Of a stretch of 64,000 nt of DNA, positions 48,881 through 61,807 are shown piece after piece (the first letter of the stretch is position 1; each line of letters starts with the position of its first letter). The position numbers and the translations under genes were made by a program. The notes beneath the pieces were generated by a model. The model saw only the letters and a program-made list of their open reading frames with translations. It was not told the origin of the DNA and made no database searches. This stretch comes from Lama guanicoe (Eukaryota), in NCBI GenBank assembly GCA_013239625.1, contig MU056063.1:8742122-8806121 (forward strand), given 5' to 3'.

Positions 48881-49098
48881 CAGCTCTGCTCCAGGTGACC
48901 TCTTGCTCCAGGTGACCTCCCTGCTCCAGGTGACCTCCTGCTCCAGGTGATGTCTCTGCTCCAGGTGACGTCTCTGCTCCAGGTGACCTCTCTGTTCCAG
49001 GTGACCTCCTGCCCCAGGTGACCTCCCGCCCCAGGTGACCTCCTGCTCCAGGTGACCTCCTGCTCCAGGTGACCTCCTGCCCCAGGTGACTTCCTGCT
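48873..49098. repeat. 17-18 bp minisatellite (CTCCAGGTGACCTCCTG), about 13 units
   Basis: 13 CAGGTG cores at 17-18 bp spacing from 48874 to 49083. Confidence 0.95.
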
Positions 49099-49539
49099 CT
49101 CTCAAGCTTGGGAAGCTCTGTCATGGTCCATCTGTGAGCAGCCCCTTGGGGATGGAACTGGAGTCTGGTGGGTGGCTGCCCCCTGGGCTGTGAGGAGAAG
49201 TGGGGTGGAGGGTCTTTCCTGGGTCTGTCTCTCTCTCTACTCTCCCTGGGTTAGTCACTCCCAGTTCCAGCTCTCACTTCCTTGGAGAGACCCTCTCATC
49301 TCTCCTGTGCTCCTTTGTTCCCTCCTGGTCATTTCCATCTGCAGAGCCCACCACAGGTTCGGGTGCGGAACATCTGAAACAAGACCCACCGTCCTCTCCC
49401 GGCTTGTCCACGACTCCCCCCGGCCCTCACCAGCCCTGGTGCACTGCCCCTGGAAGGCCCCGGGACCCCGCCCGCCCGCTGCCAGAGCTGTCTGCTGACC
49501 CAGCACTAGTAGGATTCGTTCCTAGACAATTTTAAGGCC

Positions 49540-50070
49540 AGTTATGCGTGATTTTTATTGAAAACTTTAAATTTAATTGATGTTACATAAACTAATAAGG
49601 AAAGTGGAAATACACGTGAAAATAATTTTTAAAGAAAAATTAATTTGACTACTTTGGAAAACTTGGTGAAGGTGAACTGATTAAAAACAGTTGTCATAAT
49701 TGGATTTTGTGAGACAGCCATGCAGGATGGGGAGGCATAAAAATAGAGGACCCTGCACTCAGATGGCTTCAGTGTCTTTCAGGTTCATTTAGAAACTGGG
49801 AGTCAACTCTGGCGCATTACGTCCATGGCTTTTGCTGAACGGACCACCGAGACTCCGGAAAAGGCTTGGCCCAAATTCAAAAGACTGGCAAACAAACATA
49901 TAATACATAATGTTATATATAATATATATCTATATTTATAAACATAAATATATACATAAGTATTTATAAAACAAATATCTATCTATCTCTATGATTCCCC
50001 ACTTTAACTGGCTTTTTGATGGAGCAACCACCTAGTGGTCAGTCTGCACGGATAAGACACATGTGTACTG
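49540..50070. mobile_element. Possible old TcMar-Tigger fragment with an internal (TA)n-like tract (49895-49990)
   Basis: AT-rich block ending 'ggataagacacatgtgtactg', resembling a Tigger ...TACTG terminus. The simple repeat is plain; the family call is tentative. Confidence 0.35.
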
Positions 50071-52399
50071 TGCTGGGGGAACAGTGGAGCTGCCCTAGTT
50101 CCCAGGGTGTCTCTTCCACCTGGTGCCTCGGGGTGACCCTGTGAGTCCTCCCAGCACCCCCTCTCACTCCTGCCCCAAATCAGAAGATGCCCAAGAGCAC
50201 CGTGTGAGCCTCACAGACGACCCCCCAGCCCCGGCACAGGGTGTGGCGTCAGGACACTTGTCTCTACCTGCTGCTGGTGGTGGTAACAGACGTCTCCCTG
50301 GGGCAGGCATGGAGAGAAACGTGCTGCCTTAGGAAACAGAGGTCTGCTCTCTTATCTACTAGAAGATGTAAGAAGCAAGGGCCCCACACACTCACAAAAT
50401 CAAGAGACTAAGAGGAGAAATGGAAACCTGCAGGCAGCCTGGCTGACACCAAGGCAGGGGGTTCCCTCCCCGGCCTGCCCCTCCCCTGCAGCTGACATCA
50501 GAAGGCAGCCCCTGGCAACCGGGTGGCTGCTGCGTCTCTGTTTAAAGAGCCCTGATTTTAAAGAGCCCATTTCTGTGAAATGGTGACTCACACAGGGAAT
50601 GGGTAACAGAAGGAAACTTTCCAGACATGGCCCCACACAAAAGCACAGGGTTGAGAGTCACTGTTTCCCACGCTCTCCAGTCCCTCAGAAATGCTTTCTC
50701 ACGGCCCTTCCCAAATTCAGTGGCATGTCACCGTGGTCTAAGTGCACCTGGGTTTTCTCGCTGGAGCCGGAGTCCGTGAGGTCTGTGCCCATGCAGACCC
50801 TCACTGAGCCGGAAGCATGTGGTGGACATACAATTCATGTCTGTGGAGGGAGGCATGGAGGGAGGGAGCCAGGCGGAGGCTGAGAAGAGACGAGAACCAA
50901 GGAGACTGCACTTGCATCCACTTCCAGATCGCACCACCGAACGCTGGCTACCCGCACAAGTCCAGTGCTCTCACAGAAAGCCCTTGGCCCCAGGCCGGGC
51001 AGCGGATGCTGGGACGGGCCCTGGGCACTCGGTCTCGCCCCTTCCCATATCTGGATGTGGTGCCAACGAACCGTTAGGCAGCTGCCGGGAAGCAAACGAG
51101 AGAAAAATCCCAGGTACAGGGACGTCTTTTATATCTAAGACTATTTACCTTGCTTGTGTCCACTTAGATGAAAAGATAGGCTGATCAATTTCAGTGGGGA
51201 TTTCTGTTATATGAGAGCTTAAAAAGTAATTACACATATCCTTTCCTTACACTTGTAGGAGCAGCCTGGGCGTGCGGAAGATAATCTGGGCCATGCAGAG
51301 TAACCTGAGAAGTCTGTCGCCGCACCCGACCCGAGATTACCGACCACAACCTTGCTCTCGCGTTGTCTGGCTCCATAACTGGGATCACACCGTACGTGCC
51401 ACTTGGTGTCCTGCCCTCTTTGTATTTCGAGCATTTCGCTTGCCATCCTACAATCCCTTGGAAACATGATTAAATGGCTACTTAATGTACTGGACAGACT
51501 ATAATGTTGCTACCAATTCTTCTAAGTTTGGACACTGTCAATGGATACTTCCAATCAAATTGCTAAGAAGTCTATTTACACAGTTACAGAGTAAACCTGT
51601 TGTGGCAAAGGCGGTAGCCCCCCCGCTTCCTTTTGATCCTTTGAGGCAAACACTTTCTGTTCCGTAGCTGATTATTTGGGAATTCACCTGCAGATCTTCC
51701 AACAACTCACATCGCTACAACTGGAATCTTCAGTTTGGGGCCATGACTGATGGCTCCCCCAGGACGATGAGCATGTCTGTGCCACCACCGCAGCCCCCAC
51801 GACTTACCAGACCCTGCAACACCCTCCCCCTACCACGTCCTCCGGGGCACAGCTGCTGGGAGCGCAGGGAGACCACATCAGCACAACCTCACATCCTCGT
51901 CCTGCGTGCTGCCGAGGTGCGCGGCAGAGCTGGCACTTTCCCCTTCGGCTCACCTTTTTGTTTCCCTGGAGTTAGAACTTTCCTGAGGTCCAGAGAAGCC
52001 AGAGAAGGAGACCGGGTGCCTGGCTGACCCGGGGGACGTCATGTGAGCTGTGACAGCTCTGGGCCGGCACTTGCTGTGGCAGCTTCAAGAACACAGCTGC
52101 TCCACTTCCAGTCTCCAAACGCACACAAAATGCCCCTCTGGCCAAGGGCATCTGGAGCCACTCAGGAGGGGGCTTGGGGCACACTTCCGGTCCACGGAGT
52201 CGCCCGGGGCAGACGTGGCCCTAGCTCCCGGTCTGGTTGGTCTGTTGGCTGGGGTCACCACTGTGTCCAGGTGAGCCCTTCATCTCTTTCCTTGATTCAC
52301 ACACCTGTTTCCTGGACCCCTTCATTGATTTACCCTCTTGTTTCGTTGGCACATCCTCAGGAACACTTAAGAACAGCAGGGAGCCACAGGCAGTGAGTG

Positions 52400-53100
52400 C
52401 TTTAGGTCCCAAATGTCTGAAAACGGCTCCATTATACCCCTTAATTCACAGCTTGGATGGACGGGCATTAAGTTCTAGGTTAGAGGTCGTGTTCTTTAAG
52501 CACCTGGGGCTGAAGCTGAGTTCAGAGCCACCTGAGTCCCAGTCTTTGTCGTTAATCTGTCTTTGCATCTGTCTTCCTCCCCAGAAGTCTAGCATCAACT
52601 TGTTCCCTGGATTCTAAAGTTTGGTGACTTGGTACCCGTTGTGTTGGAGGCTCCATGGGCCCCAATCTCTCCACCAAGTTCCTTTCCTTCATTTTCTCTT
52701 GATGGAGCACCTATCCTATCAGAACTGAGCTCTGGAACTGTGTCTTCTAATTTTCTCTGCGATTTTTCTTTCATTCATTTGGTTGGCTGGTTGGTTGGTT
52801 TTTGCCTTTTTTTCCTTCTACCTTTGGGGAAATTTTCTCAGCTTTTTTTCCAAACCCATCCATCGGTTTTTAACTTCTGCTGTCATTTCTTAATTCCCTC
52901 AAACTTTTTGTCCTGTAACTATTCCTTAAAAACAGCATGTTGTGCACGTGAGCAAGTCTGTCTTTCTCTCTTAGATGCTAACCTTTCTCTCGTCTTTCCG
53001 GAGGTGCTGACACCAGCGACCACAGGGACTTTCTTCTACTCCAGGTTTGTCTGTTTTGTCTATTTTACGGTGGAGGCGTCACCCAGATGCCACTGATGTC
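52400..53100 (-). mobile_element. Very old L1ME/HAL1-like fragment
   Basis: T-rich strand bias; 'tgtctgaaaa...ttctaggttag...ttctttaagcac' and 'ttctgctgtcatttctaattccc'. Confidence 0.45.
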
Positions 53101-54309
53101 TGGTCCCTTCCCTGGATGTTGAGAGAGTCACCCAGATTCTTCTCTCCTTGACACCAGCTGGGGCTTAACCTCTGCACAGGTGTTGTCTCAGTCATGATCG
53201 AAAAGTGAGGCAAAACACAGCAGGGTTTTTATAAAAATACACTTTTATCATCAGCACAGAAAGCACTTTTTTTATGTGATTTTTTTTATTTTAGGATTTT
53301 TTTTTAATCCATCAGCTGTCACTATGGTAGCCTGCTCAATGTTTAACTTCACAACTGATTTCTCTCAAAAAGCAAGTTGTTTGGCGTTTTGTTTGCTTCC
53401 TTTTGGAAAACTTTAATGGACTCTTGATAAAGGAGTAATTGTAATAGCTTAAGGGGTTCTCTGCCTCACTCTCAATGTAAAGATTTGTTTCTCTGAAGTA
53501 AACACTTTTCTCACTGTAAGTGGCCGGTTCACTGGAGAGGCACACCTGTCCCCCTTGAGAAGTTCACGGGAGGCCTCGGCACACTTGGTTACAGATGATT
53601 TAATAACGTACAAACACATCATCAGAAGAGCGGTGAGTGCGTGCCCGCGGGCGGCTCTGGGACACACACAGGTGGCTCCGTAAACCTGTCCTGCGAAGTG
53701 CAGGCTAAGCTCCCTCTGTCATTCTCAGTGGCTTCTGCCTAGTCTCACTCTGGCTTATTACTAGAAAAAAGTTTGAAGTTCTAAAGTAAGTACACTTATT
53801 TTGTTCCCCACTTTTGAACAACAGGGAGGCAGTCCAGCTCTGAATTTTCTAGACAGTGCGAGAAGCCAGCTAGAATTCCAGTGTCTTAAAGACAAAATTT
53901 GATGTTCATGGTTTACGGGCCAGAGCCCTTCAGCTCGATGATACATTTGTTTTCTTTATTAAGCCAGTGGAATCAACCAGATGCTCTCCAGCCAGAGAAT
54001 AATGGTCTGCCACTAATGAAAACCCACCTTGTTTCTCACGTGGCTGTCCAGGCAGCCTCTAGGGAAACGTAGCCGGAGAGATGCCAGGGCCCCAAAGGAG
54101 GCAGGCTAAGACTCCCACTGTGCTGGACACCACGCAGCAGCGCCCGCTGAGGAGCAGTTGAGGGTGAACCCTGTGCCTCTCAGCAAAGCTACATTTGCTC
54201 CGGGCCCACTTCCACCCAGACATGGGCATGTGGTGCCAGGCGAGGTGTGTGGGTCCCAGCACAGCAAGCCTTAGCCCAGTGCTCGTAGTAGGAGCTGGTG
54301 CAGGTCCGT

Positions 54310-54427
54310 GGCCATGTCCATGGTGTGTCCACAGCGTGTCCATGATGTGTCCACGGCATGTCCATGGTGTGGCCACAGCATGTCTGCCCATGGTGTGTCC
54401 ACAGTGTGTCCATGGTGTGGCCACAGT
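54310..54427. repeat. 22-bp minisatellite built from two 11-bp subunits, about 5 copies
   Basis: Alternating gtccatggtgt / gtccacagcgt units. Confidence 0.9.
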
Positions 54428-56117
54428 GGAAGCTGCTGTTGACGCAGGACCAGGTTCTGAATGGAACAGTTCAGCTGGAAAAAAAGATCTGCGGAGATAT
54501 ATTTGTCCAGGACCTATGCTCACCCCTTAAAGTAATTGTGTCTCAGAATATTCCGGCATCACTGGTCTTAAAAAGGTGCTCGGCCTGGCTGCCCTGTCCC
54601 CTCAGCAGCCAGGACAGCTACTCTGGGGTGCAGGGCAGGGGGTCCTTCCTCAGGAAAGGACCTAACATCCAGGTGGCCTTAGAGCAGACTTTGTGGTCAG
54701 ACTCAAATACCACTTGGTTTAGCTCAGCAATTTGATGCACTGGCTTGATTTCTTGGCTCACTGATTTTTGCCAATATGCAACCCCCATTTGGGGCTCATA
54801 CTGACTTAAAAAGATAATCTACCTACTTGTTTACCTTTCCATCCATCTCCCTCTTCATTACTTGGCAAATAAACTAAACGCATCTGGCTCATTCTGCCCA
54901 CATTCTAACACAAGGAAGCTAAGATTACGGGTTAGTCTGGTCTGGGGTCCTGGTTTTGTTACTGAGTTTGGCTCCTATTCAAACTATTCAAGTTATTCAA
55001 GTGGGTCTTTGTAGTTAATGTGACTCTGAAACCACCAAATCTCTAAACCAGCACAGACACCGTCTGTGTCCCCAGAACAGGGCTTGGAGGGAGATCCGCA
55101 GTAGGTGAGGGGTTACAGGGCACAGGGGAGGACAGGAGTGGGGCCAGGTTCGGGGGCAGTGCAGTCAGTGGAACGACTGTGTTTAAACAGGGACCGTTTG
55201 GGACATTTTTTGCGCCAGTGTTCTTGTGATTTGTTCACTTTCTTTCACACCTTCATGGCTGTTAGTCCTGGGAAGGGCCTTTGGAAGAGGGCACAGCACA
55301 CGTGAAGCAACACTGAAGAAACACAAAGTCGCTGTGAGCAGTGGCACGGGCGGAAAGACAGCAGACGGACCCAACACGGAGAAGAGAGCGGCCGTCGAGA
55401 GAGTCCCAGAGACAGGCCTCCCACAGCCCGTGAGAACCCTCCCCCAGATCATGAAACCGTCAGAGAAGGGATGAAGGGGTCGGGGTTAGTTCCCTGAAGC
55501 AGCTCACGCCTGGGCCCAGCAGACGAGTCAGATGACAGCTGAAGGGATAATGGCTGTTTGTAGTAACACCAAAGAAAGCCCTCAATTCCAACGTGAATGT
55601 CACCGTCACTGAGTGACCTCTCTGCAGATGCAGATGGAGGATCAGTCTAGTGACTTCGGTGGACCCGATGGGGAGAAGAAACACAGCATCTAACAGTGGC
55701 GTGGGAGGTGGCTGTGGTCGGTGCCCACAACGGGGAGCATTTTCCATTTACAGTCAAGGTATTATCCAAACACGACAGCCCGCCAGGGCCCTGGCCCAGG
55801 AGGGGCTGGTCAGGCGAGGTTGGTCCTCCGGCCACGGCCACACACCTCCACCCCTCTGGCACCTCTCTCCCCCCAAACCCCACCTCCCGCCTTGTCTTGC
55901 TAGAGCTGCACCCAAAGACCCTCCTTTGCAGATCAGAGCCCACGTCCTGGGGGGCAGCGCAGAGTGAAATGTCCGAGCTCCAGGACCTCCTTGGGAGGCT
56001 GGAATTTTGGTTGATGAATTATCCGTTCAATTCAATTGGTGAATTAGCTCTCGGCCAGTGGAGAGTATGAAGTCAGGGCTGAGCTGGGCAGAGAGGGCAT
56101 CCCCTCACCCCCGCCTG

Positions 56118-56160
56118 TCCGCCCTCCCGGGTCCCCTCCGCCCTCCCGGGTCCCCTCCGC
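56118..56160. repeat. 19-bp perfect tandem duplication
   Basis: (ccgccctcccgggtcccct)x2. Confidence 0.9.
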
Positions 56161-59100
56161 ATGTGTCGCTCAGTCCCACACAGTGACACACCGGGGCCGC
56201 CCCGTGTTGAAGGGCGGACTGCTGAGTCAACATCGGAGCGTATCCGAGCCCCTTTTCCATCTCCTCTGTGGGGTCCAGGCATCTGGACCCCAACCGACCT
56301 CACGGAAGATGCGCTGGGCTTTCCCCCCCGCGGGCTGGGTCGGCTGAGCAGCCCTCCCCGCACACAAGCTCAGGGCCCTGACCCCTCCTTCACTCCCGCC
56401 ACCAGAGGGTCCCTGGATCCTTGAGACGTGACGACTGTGTGAAAGCGTTTGGTGACCACGACTTCAGGCTGTGACTGTTTTGTCTACTTAGGCCTCACCT
56501 CATCCCCAAAGAAAGGGTTAAGGCAACAGTACTGTCATGACTGTTACCCGGACGCCTGGACCCTCCTATGGCGACGTGATGGACGCACGACATTTGTGAT
56601 GGTTTTAGGGGAAAAGGGCCCCTTTGCCCTGTCAGTGCCGAGCCCCACGTGGCTGCAGGTGTCAGAGCGAGGCCGCTGTGGGCTGACCTCATCAGGTAGG
56701 AAACGGGCCCATAAAGGAGTGACTGACGCAACTTCCTGCGAGGAAGCTCTTCCCTGCAAGTTATCAGGCGGACCCCCCGGCGCTCCCGCGGAAAGGGCAG
56801 TTTCCCGGGGAAGAGTCTCTCCTGTGATGAGGAGATTCGGCAGCAGATCGATCCTGTGGGTCTGACTTGCAGCACTGGCTCCAAAGCAGAGGAGGGGCGA
56901 CCTGTTGGGGCAGGACGCAGGCCTCCGGAGCCCCTGCCCGGCGAGTCCCTGGGGGTGAGCGTCCTGGGCCCCCTCCTCTGTCCATCTGTCCTTCGTCACT
57001 AGTGCTGCGGCCGAGAGGCCCGGACAGCATGTCCAGCCGTCATTACTGGCCTGTGTCCGGGGGTCAGCAGGTTGGTTGGATCCTGACACTGAGGCTGCAT
57101 CCTCTGGTGGCCGTGGGACATCCTGGGACCCGTGGGTGGCCTCGCAGTTTGCTGCCTGGCCACTAGCCATCTCATGACGGGGAACCTGGCTGCTGTCTCT
57201 GCATCCGGTCGGTCACTCATGGCTCGTTCGTGCACACACTTAGGTGCCAATTCAAGTGTGTGGGCAGGCCTCAGACTTACTGCCCCGACGTCCTCCTTCA
57301 GAAAAGAACCATCCTGCCTCCAACTTCCCTTTGCTCCTTGTCCTGCCTGTGCAGGTTCCACGCGGCCTGGATTCGAGGGCTCTGGAAGTTGACTCCCCAC
57401 CTAAACCTCCAGCGGTGACCTCCAACCTCACAGCCAGGTGGGTGGGGCTCTCTGCTCAGCAGGCTTGGTACCCAGGGCTTCCCTAGAAAGCCCCACCCTC
57501 TCTAACCAAATCGTAGTAACCGACTTGAAATTCCTTACATTTTTATTTTAAGTGGATTTCATGTAAATGAAGCAGGCCTTTTCATGTCATCGAAAGACTA
57601 TTTTAAAATTAAGAGGTTAATTAAATTCCATAACCTGTCCTTCGTGCTCACAGACCTGATAGCACCGAAGAGTGCCTGGTGCAGGAGGGTGAGGGATACA
57701 CACTAGCTGAGTGGGAGAGTGGGGGAGTGGGGGAGTGAGTGAACGGATGGGTGAAGAAACAGCTCCACCTCCGACGGGGAGGCCCTGAGGAGAGAGAGGG
57801 CTAGGCAGGCTCACGTAAGTAGAGCTTCCCACCAGTGGGCAGGGCTATCCAGAGTCCTGGACCATTTTGGTCAATACAACCAATTTGTGATCCACATTCT
57901 GCCCCTTGACAGTTTTTGGAAGCTTCCCAAGCTGACTGTCCCTGTGAAGCGACTGCCGGTGGGACGCGTCTAGCGACCAGCGTCTGTACTGACAGATCCG
58001 GAGCTCGGGGGGCACACAGTCTGTAGTTAGCAGCTTCCCGTCTTTTGCTCCCCCAGGGCCCCGTGAGGCCCCAGAGCGAATGTGTGGTTGAGGCTCTTGT
58101 TCAAGTCCAGACATCGCAGCGCTTACACGATGCAGCCTTGCTGTGCGGGGCTGTCTTTCTGGGCCACAGCTGCAGAGGCCACCTGGCCACACGGCTATTA
58201 GGAGTGGGGTCTGGGAGGTCAAGGGTGAGGGGGCAGGGGCCTGAGGGAGGGGGCCTGCCCTCAGCACCTGCAGGAGGCCTTGTGGGGACTGAGCTCGGCC
58301 AAGGGGAGCCAGTGGACACCTGGGGCCCCATTTCCTCCCCCAGCCCCCACTCCTCCCCTGCCGGTAACCCCTGCCCTGTGCTGCCATCGCCCCACCCATA
58401 CCTGGCCAGGCCGTCCCCACTGCCATGCTGAGCCTGGCATCCTGAGGAGCTCAGGCTCAGGACTGTTGTCCACGACCACGGGGCCCCTCCATGGCTTTCC
58501 TTGGGGTCAGAGGGCCTCTCCCCTTTAGCTGGGACTCCTAATGGCTGAGATACACTGTGAGCACCTGGTGCCCTGCTCTGCCACCCAGTCCCCACAGTAG
58601 CCGGGGGATGGTAAGGTGTCCCCAGTTACAACAGAGGAACCCAGGCTCGGAGCAACCAACAAGCAAACAACCCCTCGGCCCAAGTCACCTGGCCAGCGCG
58701 TGTGGCTGGAGCCAGGTCCCAGCGCCCCTCGTGGGTTGGACACAGCCTGCTCTGCCAGGCCAGATGCCAGTTCTGGGTGGTGGCAGCTGGCGCCCCTCTC
58801 CTGTCCTTGTTTCTGAGGACACATCACCACCCCAATCCGCTGTTACTATCCATCGAAGTGCAACCGAATTTTATGGATATCTGGATATGTCTGGACAACT
58901 TACTTGGAGAAAAAGTAATTTGACAAAATGCTTAGAAATTCTGCATAATCTAATTTTTCTAAGCACCTGGACCATTAATCTCGTCCATAAGTAAATACAA
59001 CAGCTGCAGAGGAGCACTGCTGCTCTCTGGAGAGGCAGGATCGATTGATTTACTCTTCAGGGCTGAGTCGTATCTTTGGCGTTAGGAATCAGGCTCAGTC

Positions 59101-60364
59101 TCCGTCCCAAAGACGTGACTTACAACATAACGAGGACGTGAGGTGGAACCAACTTTGCCGATTATCTGCTGCTGTCCTAGAATGATCGCTTAGAGCAGCT
59201 GCAAACACGAGCTGGCCCTCTGGCCCCAGGGCCGCACGTCCATCCGGGGCTCAGCGAGCCGAGGACCGAGAGGCCCCAGCGCCTGCTCCTTCGTGACTGT
59301 TCCTACTCCTTTTCCATTTTTCCTTTAATTGTTGTAAAAAGTGAGACAATCTTCTGAGGACTAGGAGCCCTCGCTGGCTTTGTCCTCTATCCTGTGGGCA
59401 TCTCCGTAGCCACCCTGCACCTGAGCCTTCCTTGCAGGTTGGACGTGGGGCAGGACCGGCGTCTCTGGAGCGGGAGCAGGAGGCCCACCTCGTGCAGAAC
59501 GTACATCCTGCGTTTGGACCAAGAAAACTCGGTGAAGGGAGGCAACAGACCTGAACAATTCCTCATCGCCCGGTGGCCGTGGGGGTTCTCGTCTTTGGGC
59601 CATGCACAATTTTCCCTTGGTCTTCTTGTTAAAGAATCGTTGTGTTTACAGTATGAAATGTGCCCTCTGTGAATAAGATGGGGAAGAAAGAAAACCATTT
59701 TTGCTGAAGGGCCCAGAAGGCAAGATTCTCAGACAAAGGTGTTTTAAGTCCAGACACCCCAGGAGACACGAGCACTACAGGACGGCCCGTAGGGCAGATC
59801 GAGGAGCTGGGGCGGCGGTGGGGGCTGAGTCCAGCGTCCTACCTGCCTCCCCACCGCAGCTTGCTGAGCATGCCTCTGGGAGGGGCTCAGGTGCATTTTT
59901 AGGGCAAGTTTTCCTCAGAGCAGCCAGTTGTCTGACCGTCTCTGTCGGGCTCCTCTGAGATGCCACCCTCATCCTCTGAGGGGCCCCTCCCAGGTTAACC
60001 TGCAGAGGAACACGCTGGGCAGGCTGGCCGTCACCTTCCTCCTGGAACCGGAGAGGAGACATGCAGCCAAGACCCTCTTGCTTTGACCCAGTAAGCTCTG
60101 TGACCCGGTTAAATTGGTTTTCACACTTGCATCCATCAGCGTCACAGGGCTGTCACCTGCAGGCATTCAAGAGAGCCTCTTGGTTCTGATAAGCTGCCTC
60201 TCTTTTCTCTGAGCTTTATGGGACACGGAAATTTATGGGTCTTTTAAATAAAGTCTCTGGATCACACTAGTGCAAAAATGTGCCAGGTTGAAAAAACCCA
60301 TCGGAACTTCAGCTTCTCGCTCTTCGGAGCTATTCTTCATTTGCTCAGAATAAACAGCAAAACT

Positions 60365-60530
60365 GAGTGTGTGTGTAACTGTGTGTAAGTGTGTGTGGGT
60401 GTGTGTATACGTGTGTATGTGTGTAACTGTGTGACTGTGTGTGCATAACTGCCTTGTGTAACTCTGTGTGCGTGTCTGTGTGCAAACACACGTGTGTAAC
60501 TGCCTGTGTGCAAGTGTGCGCTGTGTGACA
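60365..60530. repeat. Degenerate (TG)n microsatellite with recurring GTAACT interruptions
   Basis: gtgtgtgtgtaactgtgtgtaagtgtgtgtg...gtgtaactgtgtgactg... Confidence 0.9.
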
Positions 60531-60780
60531 ATATCTGTGCAGCCACCAGCCGTGTGGCTCCCTGGCCCTTGAAGAACGGCTGGTCTGAGCTGGCATGTGC
60601 AGCAGGTACAAAGTAGGCACTGGGTTTCAAAGATTAAGCATGAAAGAAATGGTAAAATATCTCACTTGTTTTAAAATCAATCACCTGGTGAAATGATGTT
60701 TTAGTACACTGGGTTAAATAAGACACAGTGTCAAAATTAATTCCTTGTTTCTTTTTACCACAGTCTGTGGCTCACACCCC
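60530..60780. mobile_element. MER33/MER3-like hAT-Charlie element
   Basis: 'agccaccagccgtgtggct...gtaaaatatctca...tgggttaaataa...aaaattaattccttgtttctttttac...tgtggctcac'. Confidence 0.75.
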
Positions 60781-61785
60781 ATTCCCCCAGAAAGCACAGG
60801 TGTGACTCCCCCAACCTCAAAGCCCAGATTTCAGGGCCATGGATCCAACGTCTTTCCTGTGGGCACCGAACACCTGACTGGAATGTCATTTTGGGCCCAA
60901 AGAGTCCTTTGGACGCAACGCGCCTTTCTACAGCACTAGGAGGCATTAGCTCTGGGCTCTTGCGTTCAGGGCGCGTGCACAGCCGTGTGCGACCACGGGC
61001 CCCTCCCATGCCTGGGGTTTCCACCCGGTGTCTTGCGGGCCCCACGCCTGCCTTCGCCAGGACCTGCACGCTGGCTGTGGAGGAAGCTCCGTGTCCGTGG
61101 CCCAGCGGGGAGACTTGCAGAGAAGCGCTTCAGTGCGTGTCTGTGAGCATCTCTGTCCCACGGCTGGGGCTGGGGAGGCAGCTCGGCCCCGGAGGCCTGG
61201 GGCTGCTTCTCCACGTGTGTGGGGGCCTGGCTCCCTGCTCCCAACCTGGACCCACATCACTGACGCTGGGGCCAAAGCCACCTCTGCCCCATTTTCATCT
61301 CTTGTCCGCCCTGAGCTGCGTCTTCCGGGGCCTCTCAGCCTAGCCCGGCACTTCCACACTGAGAGACTGGGCTCTGCCGGCTTTCCTGGTTCACTGTTAC
61401 ACTCCCCTCCTCCATCAAGGTCCCAAATAGTTGACCAAAATATTTATCCAAAAAGCCGGTTCTCCTCCCAGAGGGGAATTCTCCACTTCCTTATGTTGCC
61501 CCAAACCCACTGGTATTCGGCCGACACCAGAGCATTCATTCCACAACCAGCAGGGAAGTATGCGGAATGTTTGCTTTAGAATATTTTCTGCGTACTTTCT
61601 GGGCTCAAACCAGTATCTGGTCTATCCACGTAAGAAATAATAACCCAAGAGGGAGAGGGGTCAGTTATATGAAAGGCTGTGCTTTTCAAACTATAGGGAA
61701 AAAGCAGCAAGCGGCCTAGGTCGCCAGCGTCCTGCTTTCATCATAATTGCTCAAGAAAACCTCATGTTCACGGTATTTTAAATTC

Positions 61786-61807
61786 TTTTTTTTTTCTTTT
61801 TTTTTTT
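61786..61807. repeat. Poly-T tract
   Basis: About 21 T interrupted by one C. Confidence 0.9.

Noticed and set aside
48873-49098. Regular repeats as a CRISPR-like array or a repeat protein (ORFs 48810..49124, 48857..49105)
   Set aside because: Head-to-tail units with no unique spacers, mammalian context, no cas genes, no splice or coding support.
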